A stretch of 64,000 nucleotides of DNA from positions 1 through 64,000 of the IMG/VR virus record IMGVR_UViG_3300047476_000577; one strand, given 5' to 3'. Under the pieces are notes generated by a model, which ran no database searches, was not told the DNA's origin, and was given only the letters and a program-made list of their open reading frames with translations. The number at the start of each line of letters is the position of its first letter. The first letter of the stretch is position 1. The DNA comes from a virus. Below, in pieces: positions 49,834 to 57,824 of the stretch. The translations under genes were made by a program, and so were the position numbers.

Positions 49834-50135
49834 TTTTCCTCGCCGAAGTGTTTTGCTAGTAACCCTGCAACGTGCTTGGTTACGCTTTTCTTTAGTAAGT
49901 CGCTATCCATAGTTATTTGGACGTCGACAATCATATCTTTATATTCTTGGAGTTCTTCAGATTTTAGTATTGTGTCAATGTCGTCGAGACCTTCTAAGTC
50001 TGCGCCTTCGAACACAATTGAAGTGCCGTTGTTTAGGACCACGTTTATAGTTGCTATAAACCTTACAGGGAGATCATTCATAACAACATCGTTTAGGATG
50101 TCGTCAAAACTCCGGTCTCTCTTTATCAATGCCAT
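49830..50135 (-). CDS. Hypothetical protein
   Basis: Likely start MALIKRDRSF. Confidence 0.6.
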   Translation of the reverse strand: MALIKRDRSFDDILNDVVMNDLPVRFIATINVVLNNGTSIVFEGADLEGLDDIDTILKSEELQEYKDMIVDVQITMDSDLLKKSVTKHVAGLLAKHFGEEK

Positions 50136-50397
50136 CGTCTTTAACCAATTCTTTATTTCTGTATAACGAGTCTTCGTGTTCCAGTGCAGCAACTATAATA
50201 GCAGCGGCTTTGATTAAGTTGTCGCGAAACACTTCACGTTCTGGCTTAATGCCTTTTCTATTTACATCCTGTGCCAAATAATGGATTACGATGGCGATCC
50301 AATCATTTGAACTATATGTTAAGTCGTACTCGCTACCAGGTAAAGACTGCTGACGCAGTCTTTCCTGTTTAACTTTAGCTAGTATGTCGTCAAGCAA
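50104..50397 (-). CDS. MazG-like all-alpha NTP pyrophosphatase-fold protein (putative)
   Basis: VKQERLRQ...DWIAIV...RDNLIKAAAIIVAALE; probable TTG start at 50397. Confidence 0.45.
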   Translation of the reverse strand: MLDDILAKVKQERLRQQSLPGSEYDLTYSSNDWIAIVIHYLAQDVNRKGIKPEREVFRDNLIKAAAIIVAALEHEDSLYRNKELVKDDGIDKERPEF

Positions 50398-50956
50398 CGG
50401 CAACACTCTTCTTCCTACCGCGAGCTTTAGCTGCCTTAGGATCGATACTGTCTGCTTGTGCACGTAGCTCGGCTGCTTGTTTTTCAAACAATGCTGCTTG
50501 GTTACGCAAGTTTTGTGCAAGTGTAGCATCATCGATAACGCCGTCATCGTGTTTAGCAACTGGACCATCGCCGGGTTGTACAGCGGCTGGATCGATACCG
50601 GAGTCAAGTTGAGACAAGCTACGATTTAGTTCGGATAGATTGATCTCGACGTCGATACGTGGACGCATAATTACACGTTCTGCAGGCACCTTACGAAGGA
50701 AACCTTTGCTGTGAAGTGTAGTTAGCATATTGCTACCGTCATAGAAGAATTGACGGTTTGCATACTCATAAAACTCTAGTGTTTCTTGTGCAGTTAGGCT
50801 TTCTACTGCATCCATTAGGTTTTGATGATAGCGGTCGGGTAGACTATCTGTCTCCACGATTAGACAGCTTTGTGGCTCGTCTGGGAGTGAACGGAATACT
50901 ACGATAACACGGTGACCGGTATCGCGTAGTGTTCCTACGTGTTTTAGAAATTTCAT
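50390..50956 (-). CDS. Hypothetical phage protein
   Basis: MKFLKHVG...VVFRSLP...CLIV; C-terminal coiled coil. Confidence 0.7.
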   Translation of the reverse strand: MKFLKHVGTLRDTGHRVIVVFRSLPDEPQSCLIVETDSLPDRYHQNLMDAVESLTAQETLEFYEYANRQFFYDGSNMLTTLHSKGFLRKVPAERVIMRPRIDVEINLSELNRSLSQLDSGIDPAAVQPGDGPVAKHDDGVIDDATLAQNLRNQAALFEKQAAELRAQADSIDPKAAKARGRKKSVAVA

Positions 50957-50974
50957 CTCTGTGTGTCTTTCTAA

Positions 50975-51205
50975 TTAGGCGGCGTCTTCGCCAGTTGCAG
51001 TAGCGGCAGAAGACTCTGCTTGCTCTTGCTCGGCTTTGGCAGCAGCTTCTGCTTCGCGTTGAGCTTTAACAGCTTCAACAAAGGCAGTTAGCTTGTTATA
51101 TACTGCGCCTACTACTGTAGCTTCGGCTGCTTTAAAGGCACCACGCTGTACTGCGGCGTCAATAATTTGTGCCGCGGCTGCTAAGTCTTGATCAGTTAGT
51201 TCCAT
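50975..51205 (-). CDS. Small hypothetical protein
   Basis: LTDQDL...IIDAAVQRGAFKAAE..VG.VYNKL; GAGGT RBS; AATAAATA at 51234-51241. Confidence 0.7.
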   Translation of the reverse strand: MELTDQDLAAAAQIIDAAVQRGAFKAAEATVVGAVYNKLTAFVEAVKAQREAEAAAKAEQEQAESSAATATGEDAA

Positions 51206-51258
51206 TTTATACCTCTTAATTAAGTGTGTGTTTTATTTATTATGGTATCTTATTATAC

Positions 51259-51291
51259 AAAAAAGAAAGGCTACAGGTCAACTGTAGCCTT
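51259..51291 (-). terminator. Intrinsic terminator whose loop carries a -35 box of the next promoter
   Basis: Minus strand aaggctacag-ttgac-ctgtagcctt-tctttttt, then TATAAT 18 nt after TTGACC. Confidence 0.7.
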
Positions 51292-51308
51292 GTAATAAGT
51301 TCAAACTT

Positions 51309-52505
51309 TTATTTGTGCTTGAACTCGTAGTGTGCAGTTACGCCAAACGGTGCTTCAATGTTTGGGCCGCCGTGTACTACGAATAGTGTGTCGCAGTAGT
51401 CTGGGTCACCCCATTCGCCGCAAGGGTAACCGTCTGTAAACATAATGAACTGTTTGGGCTGGATATCCCGTTCTTTCATATATTCCCAGTTAGCTTCGAA
51501 CATAGTACCACCACCGCCTTGAGGCTCGTAGTCTGCAATGTCATCGCCTGCATCACTGCTAAAGTCGCGCTCTGCGTACACTTGAGTATCGAAACACCAA
51601 ATCTTAATGTTCCAACTATCAAAGGTACCCATAATGCCTTGAATCTCGCCAAGGAAGTCTTTAACCATATCGTTAGAGATACTACCTGAAGTGTCAATGG
51701 CAATACACACATCTACTTCTTCAGCAGGTAGCATACCCGGCAGCACTGCACCAGTATGCCAGCTCTTGCGGCTAGGACGAGTAAACGAGTAGTCGTTTTT
51801 AATCATACTAGTCAATTGGATGCGGCACAGTTCTTGCCAAGGCATTTTTGGATCTGTAATGTTCTTAACAATACGATCTACGCCAGTCGGCAAATTGCCT
51901 GCACCAGCAGCCTGTGCTGCCTGGATAACTGCATCTTTAAGCTCGTCACGCAGAGCTTTGCGCTCTTCTTCGGTTAGCTTCTTGCCAATGCCGGACTTGC
52001 CGTCGCCATCACCGTCTTCGCTGTCGCCGTCACCTTCTAAGTCCAAGTGAGTGTCGAGTGTCATCTTAATAGTGACAGCATTTTCCATTAGCTTGTCGTA
52101 GACTTCGTCAGTAGTCATACCATCATACTGTCGGTCTGCGAGGATAGGAACTACCTTAATTACATCGCCAATGCGGTCACGAATGAGGCCGTTGTTAATA
52201 ACATAGTCAGCCGCCATATTCCACACTTGGGGCTCACGCTCGCCTCGGCGTAGCATATGCTCGTAGACGCAGTGCATAACTTCGTGAGCAATTAGAAAGA
52301 TGAGCTCACCGTCTGACAACTTAGAAACAAATTCGTCGTTATAGAACAAATTACGACCATCTACTGCGGCAGTAGGAATACGGTCGCTGGCATCCACAAT
52401 CTTAAGACGAGTTGCAAGGTTACCAAAGAACGGGTGATGCAATAGCAGTTTTACACGGGCTTTGGTAATACGATCTCGTTGCTTAGAAGCAGTTACAGTA
52501 GTCAT
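51309..52505 (-). CDS. Metallopeptidase-vWA protein (DUF2201-like)
   Basis: HEVMH zinc motif, WNMAADY, MIDAS IDTSGS, GGGGTMF, FTDGY. Confidence 0.85.
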   Translation of the reverse strand: MTTVTASKQRDRITKARVKLLLHHPFFGNLATRLKIVDASDRIPTAAVDGRNLFYNDEFVSKLSDGELIFLIAHEVMHCVYEHMLRRGEREPQVWNMAADYVINNGLIRDRIGDVIKVVPILADRQYDGMTTDEVYDKLMENAVTIKMTLDTHLDLEGDGDSEDGDGDGKSGIGKKLTEEERKALRDELKDAVIQAAQAAGAGNLPTGVDRIVKNITDPKMPWQELCRIQLTSMIKNDYSFTRPSRKSWHTGAVLPGMLPAEEVDVCIAIDTSGSISNDMVKDFLGEIQGIMGTFDSWNIKIWCFDTQVYAERDFSSDAGDDIADYEPQGGGGTMFEANWEYMKERDIQPKQFIMFTDGYPCGEWGDPDYCDTLFVVHGGPNIEAPFGVTAHYEFKHK

Positions 52506-52528
52506 TGTCAATTCCTTATTAAGCCATT

Positions 52529-52557
52529 ATTATAGCACACTTGCATTTATCGGTCAA
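52529..52557 (-). promoter_or_regulatory. Early promoter TTGACC-17-TATAAT
   Basis: Consensus match upstream of the vWA gene. Confidence 0.75.
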
Positions 52558-52562
52558 ATAGT

Positions 52563-52588
52563 AAAAAAGCGCCTTGCGGCGCTTTTTT
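52563..52588. terminator. Intrinsic terminator
   Basis: aaaaaagcgcc-ttgc-ggcgctttttt. Confidence 0.85.
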
Positions 52589-53669
52589 AGGCAATGTCAA
52601 TTACCAAGTGAGCGTACTTCTTAAAGAACTCTGGGAAGTTCTTGAGCTTCTTGTGCTGGAAAGGCAGCTCGTGAATCTTAAGAGCAGTGTGAGCACCCAT
52701 AATAACCATTTCTGGTTCAAAGTTATCCATCATATACTGGATAAAGTTCTCACACATTGGATGCCAATCATCGAGCTTCTTCTCTTTAGAGAGATTCTCA
52801 AACGCAGCCTTGAGTTCGTAGCACAGACTAGTAGTCAGTGAGTACATTGCAGACACTTCCTTAACCTTCAGGTCCTTGACCTTGCCTGCAAGGATCTCAG
52901 TAGGGTCTGGCAGTTTAGCGGCAATCTTGCGATGCGCCATAAACTTAATAGCAGTGCCTTCACCTACGCAACCTGCAACGATGTCGCTCATAGTACCTTC
53001 GCTGAGCTCGTCGGTTAGCATTTCGCTAACGAAACTCCAAGAGCGAGGAGTAGCGAAGCTACGGTCGTGAACTTTGGGGTCAAAGTTGTTGAGGTCGTTC
53101 TTAGCAAAAGTTAGGTAACCAACAACGTCCGGATGGACACCATTCTTAAGAGCCCAGTTGGACCAGTCAGCAAAGTCCACACGCAGTTCCAAGTGAATGA
53201 AACGGTTAGCCAGTGGGCTAGGCATACGGAAAGTAACGCCCTTGTCTGACATACGGTTACCTGCGGCAACGATGCCAACATTCTTAGGTAGCTTGTAAGT
53301 GCCAACACGGCGGTTAAGGATCAGCTGATAAGCCGCAGCCTGAACAGCAGGAGCCGCAGACACAAGCTCGTCCAAGAACAGGATAGCGTCACTGTCTTCG
53401 TCCTGCGGCAGTTCTGCAGGAGGAGCCCAGCTCATATTGTTGTCAGTGGAATTGTAGTACGGGATACCCTTAATGTCGGTGGGCTCCCAGAGGTTAAGAC
53501 GAACGTCAATAACCTTACGACCAGTTGCAGAGCCGATTTGAGCAATAAGGTCGCTCTTGCCAACGCCGGGGCCACCCCACAGCATAATAGGACGATCGCG
53601 TTTAAGTGCGTGACGGATAATGACGTCAGCTTCGGAAATTTTAACAGTACGGGTGTCAGTTGCAGACAT
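52587..53669 (-). CDS. MoxR-like AAA+ ATPase
   Basis: GGPGVGKS, LFLDEL, AAGNR, PLANRF, TPRSW. Confidence 0.9.
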   Translation of the reverse strand: MSATDTRTVKISEADVIIRHALKRDRPIMLWGGPGVGKSDLIAQIGSATGRKVIDVRLNLWEPTDIKGIPYYNSTDNNMSWAPPAELPQDEDSDAILFLDELVSAAPAVQAAAYQLILNRRVGTYKLPKNVGIVAAGNRMSDKGVTFRMPSPLANRFIHLELRVDFADWSNWALKNGVHPDVVGYLTFAKNDLNNFDPKVHDRSFATPRSWSFVSEMLTDELSEGTMSDIVAGCVGEGTAIKFMAHRKIAAKLPDPTEILAGKVKDLKVKEVSAMYSLTTSLCYELKAAFENLSKEKKLDDWHPMCENFIQYMMDNFEPEMVIMGAHTALKIHELPFQHKKLKNFPEFFKKYAHLVIDIA

Positions 53670-53701
53670 TTGGTGCTCCAGAAAAACTAAGTTAGAAAGT
53701 A

Positions 53702-53730
53702 ATTGTATGCGATTTTGAATTTTGTGTCAA
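53702..53730 (-). promoter_or_regulatory. Early promoter TTGACA-17-TACAAT
   Basis: Consensus match. Confidence 0.75.
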
Positions 53731-53756
53731 ATTGCCTTGCAACTGACTGGAATTTG

Positions 53757-53786
53757 TGGCCCGGAGCAACCCGGGCCAGGTTGCTC
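53757..53786. other. GC-rich element of two interlocked 8-bp inverted repeats (pseudoknot or switch candidate)
   Basis: TGGCCCGG/CCGGGCCA interleaved with GAGCAACC/GGTTGCTC. Confidence 0.55.
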
Positions 53787-53789
53787 AAA

Positions 53790-54026
53790 TTAAGCAGCTT
53801 CGGAAGCGTCAGCCTCAACAACTTGACCTTCAGGCACAACCTTGGACAGGAAGCCTTCGGCCTCAATTTCAGCCTTGGTCATTGCACGGGGAAGCTCGAC
53901 AAATAGAACGTCCTTGTGACCGTTCTTGACAAGCACCTTAACACGGGTGTTGTCGTTGGTATAACGAACCTTGAATTTGCCGTTGAGGGTTGAAGAACCG
54001 ACGAAAGTGAAAGTCTTGTTAGACAT
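53790..54026 (-). CDS. Small early protein
   Basis: KVRYTND..RVKVLVKNGH...ELPRAMTK; AGGAG RBS. Confidence 0.75.
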   Translation of the reverse strand: MSNKTFTFVGSSTLNGKFKVRYTNDNTRVKVLVKNGHKDVLFVELPRAMTKAEIEAEGFLSKVVPEGQVVEADASEAA

Positions 54027-54091
54027 AATGAAACTCCTATTTCAAAAAAAGTTAAGTTTTTGAACTTGGCAGAATTGCTAGCTCAATTCAA

Positions 54092-54120
54092 ATTATATGA
54101 CCAATCGAATTATTCGTCAA
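54092..54120 (-). promoter_or_regulatory. Early promoter TTGACG-17-TATAAT
   Basis: Consensus match. Confidence 0.7.
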
Positions 54121-54262
54121 GTCCAGGCTTACCCAAACGCTTGCGGCTATAAACTTTTTTGCTTATTTCCTTCTTTTCGAAGAATCGTGTGTCAGCAAAC
54201 AGTTCAAAAGCACGGCGCTTAGGACGCTTAACTTGCAGTTGAATAACTTCTCGACGTTTCAT
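54110..54262 (-). CDS. Small basic protein, ArfA-like (50 aa)
   Basis: Own translation MKRREVIQLQVKRPKRRAFELFADTRFFEKKEISKKVYSRKRLGKPGLDE; own promoter. Confidence 0.5.
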   Translation of the reverse strand: MKRREVIQLQVKRPKRRAFELFADTRFFEKKEISKKVYSRKRLGKPGLDE

Positions 54263-54271
54263 AATAGTTGT

Positions 54272-54300
54272 ATTGTAGCTTGGATTGATTTATTAGTCAA
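54272..54300 (-). promoter_or_regulatory. Early promoter TTGACT-17-TACAAT
   Basis: Consensus match; ATG lies 9 nt past the -10 box. Confidence 0.7.
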
Positions 54301-54348
54301 CCGTTTTTGCAACACTTCCAAAATTCCCTGCATCATCGCAGTACCGTT

Positions 54349-54377
54349 AGTATAGCAGAACGGTATTTTCCGGTCAA
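54349..54377 (-). promoter_or_regulatory. Early promoter TTGACC-17-TATACT
   Basis: Consensus match; -10 box inside a taccgtt/aacggta inverted repeat. Confidence 0.65.
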
Positions 54378-54423
54378 ATCTTGAATAGGAGTACAACAAA
54401 GTGTTGTATTTTTGCAACACTAT

Positions 54424-54645
54424 TTAACTGTAACGCAGTGTCCACAGCAGTTTTTCATTCAAATCTGCAAATTTTATACGAATGCCTGCATACTGTGGTC
54501 TTGCATCTTTCGGGTCCCACTCTAGGGTGTACGGCCCCGGGCACTTGAGTTGAAAGTTATGAGTGATAGCGTCTAGCGTGATGTCGTCTAACGGCTCGTA
54601 CGCATAGTGTGACATTATTTCTGACAAGACTTTTCGGTACAGCAT
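54424..54645 (-). CDS. FxLRW-family small protein
   Basis: Ends KFADLNEKLLWTLRYS. Confidence 0.65.
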   Translation of the reverse strand: MLYRKVLSEIMSHYAYEPLDDITLDAITHNFQLKCPGPYTLEWDPKDARPQYAGIRIKFADLNEKLLWTLRYS

Positions 54646-54896
54646 TAGCTCCACCTCAATGCAAACATAGTAGCAACCTCTGGGTCTCTAAAGAAATAGA
54701 TAGTCCTGTGCCCCGGTGTTAGTAAATCGTCGTCAGGATAGCACCAAGCATCGTAGTCATCATCTGCGTTCGGGCAATGGTCTCTTAGCCAGCAAGGTAG
54801 GTATACGATTTTATCGTAAAACTCTATAGGAGAACGGATTATAACTGGATGCCAGCTTTCGACAGTCTCGTACAAATGTCCTTCGTATTCTTTCAT
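54645..54896 (-). CDS. FxLRW-family small protein
   Basis: Ends YFFRDPEVATMFALRWS. Confidence 0.7.
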   Translation of the reverse strand: MKEYEGHLYETVESWHPVIIRSPIEFYDKIVYLPCWLRDHCPNADDDYDAWCYPDDDLLTPGHRTIYFFRDPEVATMFALRWS

Positions 54897-55150
54897 ACCC
54901 ACCTTAATATAAACTTAAATGCTGCCTCGTCGTTGTCAAACCAAAACCTGCTGCCGGTCCACGCATAGTGGTCTTCTCCAATGTGTTCCCCGCACCACCT
55001 ATGTACTTCGGGCCATTTCTTGTGACCTTCCTCGCTTAACAGCGCACTGGGGTAACCTTTGCTATTAAAAGCGTGTCTCCAGTCATAGTCTTGCACTGGC
55101 TCAAACAGCAACTTTGCTTTGATACTAGCAACATACTCTTTTATAGTCAT
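54893..55150 (-). CDS. FxLRW-family small protein
   Basis: Ends FWFDNDEAAFKFILRWV. Confidence 0.7.
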   Translation of the reverse strand: MTIKEYVASIKAKLLFEPVQDYDWRHAFNSKGYPSALLSEEGHKKWPEVHRWCGEHIGEDHYAWTGSRFWFDNDEAAFKFILRWV

Positions 55151-55656
55151 AACCAACGCAAAGTAAAGTATGCTGCATCTTCCTGACGTTTGAACCAAAT
55201 TTGTCCGTCGGGCCAGCGACAATGGTACTCTACACCCGATTCATCTAACCAGTCTAGCATTAGCTGATGAAGCCCGCCTGATTCGTTAAACGATACTTTA
55301 TACTGCCAAGCACTATAGTTGACTATGGGGTCAACTACAAACTCGGTAGTTAACGTCATTTCGTCAAAGTAAGCCACGCTCCAATCGGGCAATTCTGCTT
55401 GCAAACGCTGGCTAATTTTACGACCCCAATGACTAAAATGCTCAACATTAAAAGCATTATATATGGTTTTATCGCCTATGTCATATGCGTTGGAGTGATT
55501 GTCGTAGTGATCTGTCCATTTTAGTAGCTCATTAAACAAGTCATCGGAAATAGGGATTCTACTAGTATCCATCATTGTATAATCGTAAGCCCATACACCC
55601 GTACTCATATAGTCTGCACAAAGTTTGATGCACTTATTAAGATTTAATTTGCCCAT
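55147..55656 (-). CDS. Two-domain protein with C-terminal FxLRW domain
   Basis: Ends IWFKRQEDAAYFTLRWL. Confidence 0.7.
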   Translation of the reverse strand: MGKLNLNKCIKLCADYMSTGVWAYDYTMMDTSRIPISDDLFNELLKWTDHYDNHSNAYDIGDKTIYNAFNVEHFSHWGRKISQRLQAELPDWSVAYFDEMTLTTEFVVDPIVNYSAWQYKVSFNESGGLHQLMLDWLDESGVEYHCRWPDGQIWFKRQEDAAYFTLRWL

Positions 55657-55702
55657 AATCTGCTTAGTTTGCTCGCGTATTTACATATGTTATCTGAAAT
55701 AG

Positions 55703-55710
55703 TATAAATA
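55703..55710 (+). promoter_or_regulatory. Late promoter TATAAATA
   Basis: Exact consensus; leader hairpin agcataa/ttatgct; AGGAG; ATG 55751. Confidence 0.72.
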
Positions 55711-55750
55711 CTGCAAGAGCATAAAAAGATTATGCTACAAGGAGAATAAT

Positions 55751-56047
55751 ATGGCATTTACACTAGTTTCTAAAACAGTCAAACCTGCAGAAGCAAAATG
55801 GTGGAACCAAGTCGATCCTGAAGCAGCAGCTCGTGTAGGTGAATTCGTAAAGGCATTCCCTGGCGTAGTTAGCGCAGATGCTAAGGAAATCGAACCAAAC
55901 GTATGGCAATCAGTCATTGTGTTTGAAAGCAAAGCAGTAGTAGAAGAATACAAAGTTGCTATGGCAGCTAATTCCGACAACGCACTACGCAAAGCATACA
56001 ACGCTACACACGGCATTGTAACTAAGTTCCAAGGTCAAGGCGAATAA
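55751..56047 (+). CDS. Small alpha/beta protein, paralogue of 38578-38883
   Basis: Late promoter, strong RBS, terminator; shared residue pattern with 38578-38883. Confidence 0.75.
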   Translation: MAFTLVSKTVKPAEAKWWNQVDPEAAARVGEFVKAFPGVVSADAKEIEPNVWQSVIVFESKAVVEEYKVAMAANSDNALRKAYNATHGIVTKFQGQGE

Positions 56048-56066
56048 TTTTTGCTCACTGTACAAT

Positions 56067-56093
56067 AAAAAGGACTCCCAGGAGTCCTTTTTT
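56067..56093. terminator. Bidirectional intrinsic terminator
   Basis: aaaaaggactcc-ca-ggagtcctttttt between convergent genes. Confidence 0.85.
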
Positions 56094-57192
56094 AATTCCT
56101 GAACGGATTGTCAGGATTGTACCACATATTAGGGTTAACTACTTCGACGGGCTTAAAGTCACTGTCTATGCCGTCTAGCAGCTTGCGCTGGCCAAATACA
56201 GTATACAAGCTAGCCCTTTTAATTTTGTTCTTGTAGTATTCATAGTCCTTGTCGAACTTGAATATATCGTCCTTGGCAGCTTGTTTGTAGTTTTTCCAGT
56301 CCGGAATGATACGCACTTCGGGATGATTAATGCTCCAAATTTGGAAGTCGTCCGAGTGGTAGAAATGGTGCATATAAGTATCGTTCCACTCTGTAGACAA
56401 GTTAGAGTAATACCTAGGAGCAATCAGTGCATACATTCTAAAGTAAACGCTTTGCCACTTAAAGCAGAAATTATACCACCAGAAGAAGTCCGAATTCTTC
56501 TCTATGCTAATTCCGTACTTTCTTGCAGATGCTTCTACGGCATCTACTAACAGTGTTGTCACAGCTTGATCTTTAATTTTACTATCAATGTAGTTGAACA
56601 CCGCAACCTTGCTGTAGTTATTGCTTAGGCTTTCTGCCCCTTTGTTAGCAATATACATCTTCATCAAATCACTACCGAACAGCTGGTCATTAAATTCACC
56701 ACTTACTAAAATCATCGATCCGTCGAATAGCCAAGGTGTGTGCTCTGCATTTACTAGTTCGAAGTTAGGAAGTATATAGTCTTTGTAGAAGTTAGGGTTT
56801 TCGTTTGCAGCTTCTGCACTTGTGATAATTTTAATTTTGTCTTTTAGCACAGACATAGGATAGTTACGCAAAAAGCTAACCATAATCATAGTACTGTCAA
56901 TACCACCGCTCCACATAACGCCTAGTGGTTTTCCTAGTGACTCGCTTAAATCGAATAACTCTTTCGCCCTAGCATCGCAGCAATCTGTATAGGTCATTGT
57001 AGTAGTACGCAATGCAGGCAGCTCACATTTACTGTAGATGCTTTGTGCAACAGGCTGCTTGAACAACTTCATACGGTCATTCATACCTACAGCGTGGCCG
57101 ATAAGTCCGTATACTTTGCTCCATTTTAGTACATCCTTTCTAAAAGAATGATGTACAAATGATAGTGGATTGAAATAATATAAATCGCTCAT
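56092..57192 (-). CDS. Asparagine-synthetase-like (PP-loop) ATP pyrophosphatase, paralogue of 40322-41398
   Basis: MWSGGIDST, SGEFNDQLFG, NFCFKWQ, YKQAAK. Confidence 0.78.
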   Translation of the reverse strand: MSDLYYFNPLSFVHHSFRKDVLKWSKVYGLIGHAVGMNDRMKLFKQPVAQSIYSKCELPALRTTTMTYTDCCDARAKELFDLSESLGKPLGVMWSGGIDSTMIMVSFLRNYPMSVLKDKIKIITSAEAANENPNFYKDYILPNFELVNAEHTPWLFDGSMILVSGEFNDQLFGSDLMKMYIANKGAESLSNNYSKVAVFNYIDSKIKDQAVTTLLVDAVEASARKYGISIEKNSDFFWWYNFCFKWQSVYFRMYALIAPRYYSNLSTEWNDTYMHHFYHSDDFQIWSINHPEVRIIPDWKNYKQAAKDDIFKFDKDYEYYKNKIKRASLYTVFGQRKLLDGIDSDFKPVEVVNPNMWYNPDNPFRN

Positions 57193-57824
57193 ATAGAACT
57201 GTTCTGCCAAAATTCGCGAGCCATTGCACGTCTAATAGACTCTACTTCTTCTTTTCTAGTTACGCCGTTGATGTAACCCTTCCATTTTTCGGCTAGAGCC
57301 TGGATGCGGAATTTAGTCATTAAGTCTGACTCTAAACGTAGCTTTAATTCTTTGTATGCTTGCTCAACTGGAACTTCTAAGATTCTGGCGTATTCTTCTA
57401 ACATCCAGGTATAGTTCCCTGTTGTAGGATCAGATTGTTGTATTTGTTCTAGTGCAACGTGATCAAACTCTGCCCACCTGTAGCGTGTTTGTCTAGCTAA
57501 AGCCTGTGCTTGAAATGCTTCCCATCGTCCGAATAGTTGTTGTCTGATATTAAGAATATCTCGCATCTGTTTCCAGGATTCGGTAACGTGCTCGTCCGGT
57601 AATAACTGCAACGCATTTCCGTTTGGCTGGTCTAGTGTATAGCAGCCTTGCTTAAAAATCTCAGGATTTAACTTCCCGAAATCAACTGTATTGAAAGGGG
57701 TTAGAACTTTGATAATTGCATCACCGTTGCCCATAACTAGTGCGTTAGCAGTTATGATGCTAGTAGTCATCGTGTAGATACTAGCGTTCTCTAAACTAGT
57801 AATTAAATATCGTTCCTGGATCAT
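57189..57824 (-). CDS. Helical partner of the AsnB-like enzyme, paralogue of 41395-42024
   Basis: MLEEYARILEVPVEQAYKELKLR; ATGA overlap with the AsnB-like gene. Confidence 0.6.
   Translation of the reverse strand: MIQERYLITSLENASIYTMTTSIITANALVMGNGDAIIKVLTPFNTVDFGKLNPEIFKQGCYTLDQPNGNALQLLPDEHVTESWKQMRDILNIRQQLFGRWEAFQAQALARQTRYRWAEFDHVALEQIQQSDPTTGNYTWMLEEYARILEVPVEQAYKELKLRLESDLMTKFRIQALAEKWKGYINGVTRKEEVESIRRAMAREFWQNSSI

Noticed and set aside
54259-54336. 25-aa ORF MMQGILEVLQKRLTNKSIQATIQLL after the 54377 promoter
   Set aside because: It runs through the next promoter's boxes and has no supporting RBS or motif; probably incidental
55735-56016. Minus-strand 93-aa ORF
   Set aside because: Antisense to 55751-56047, which has the promoter, RBS, terminator and a paralogue
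40322-57192. AsnB-like genes as a canonical lasso-peptide pathway or as QueC
   Set aside because: No transglutaminase-like B2 peptidase, RRE or lasso precursor seen; no QueC C-terminal Cys cluster and no queD/queE/folE in the window
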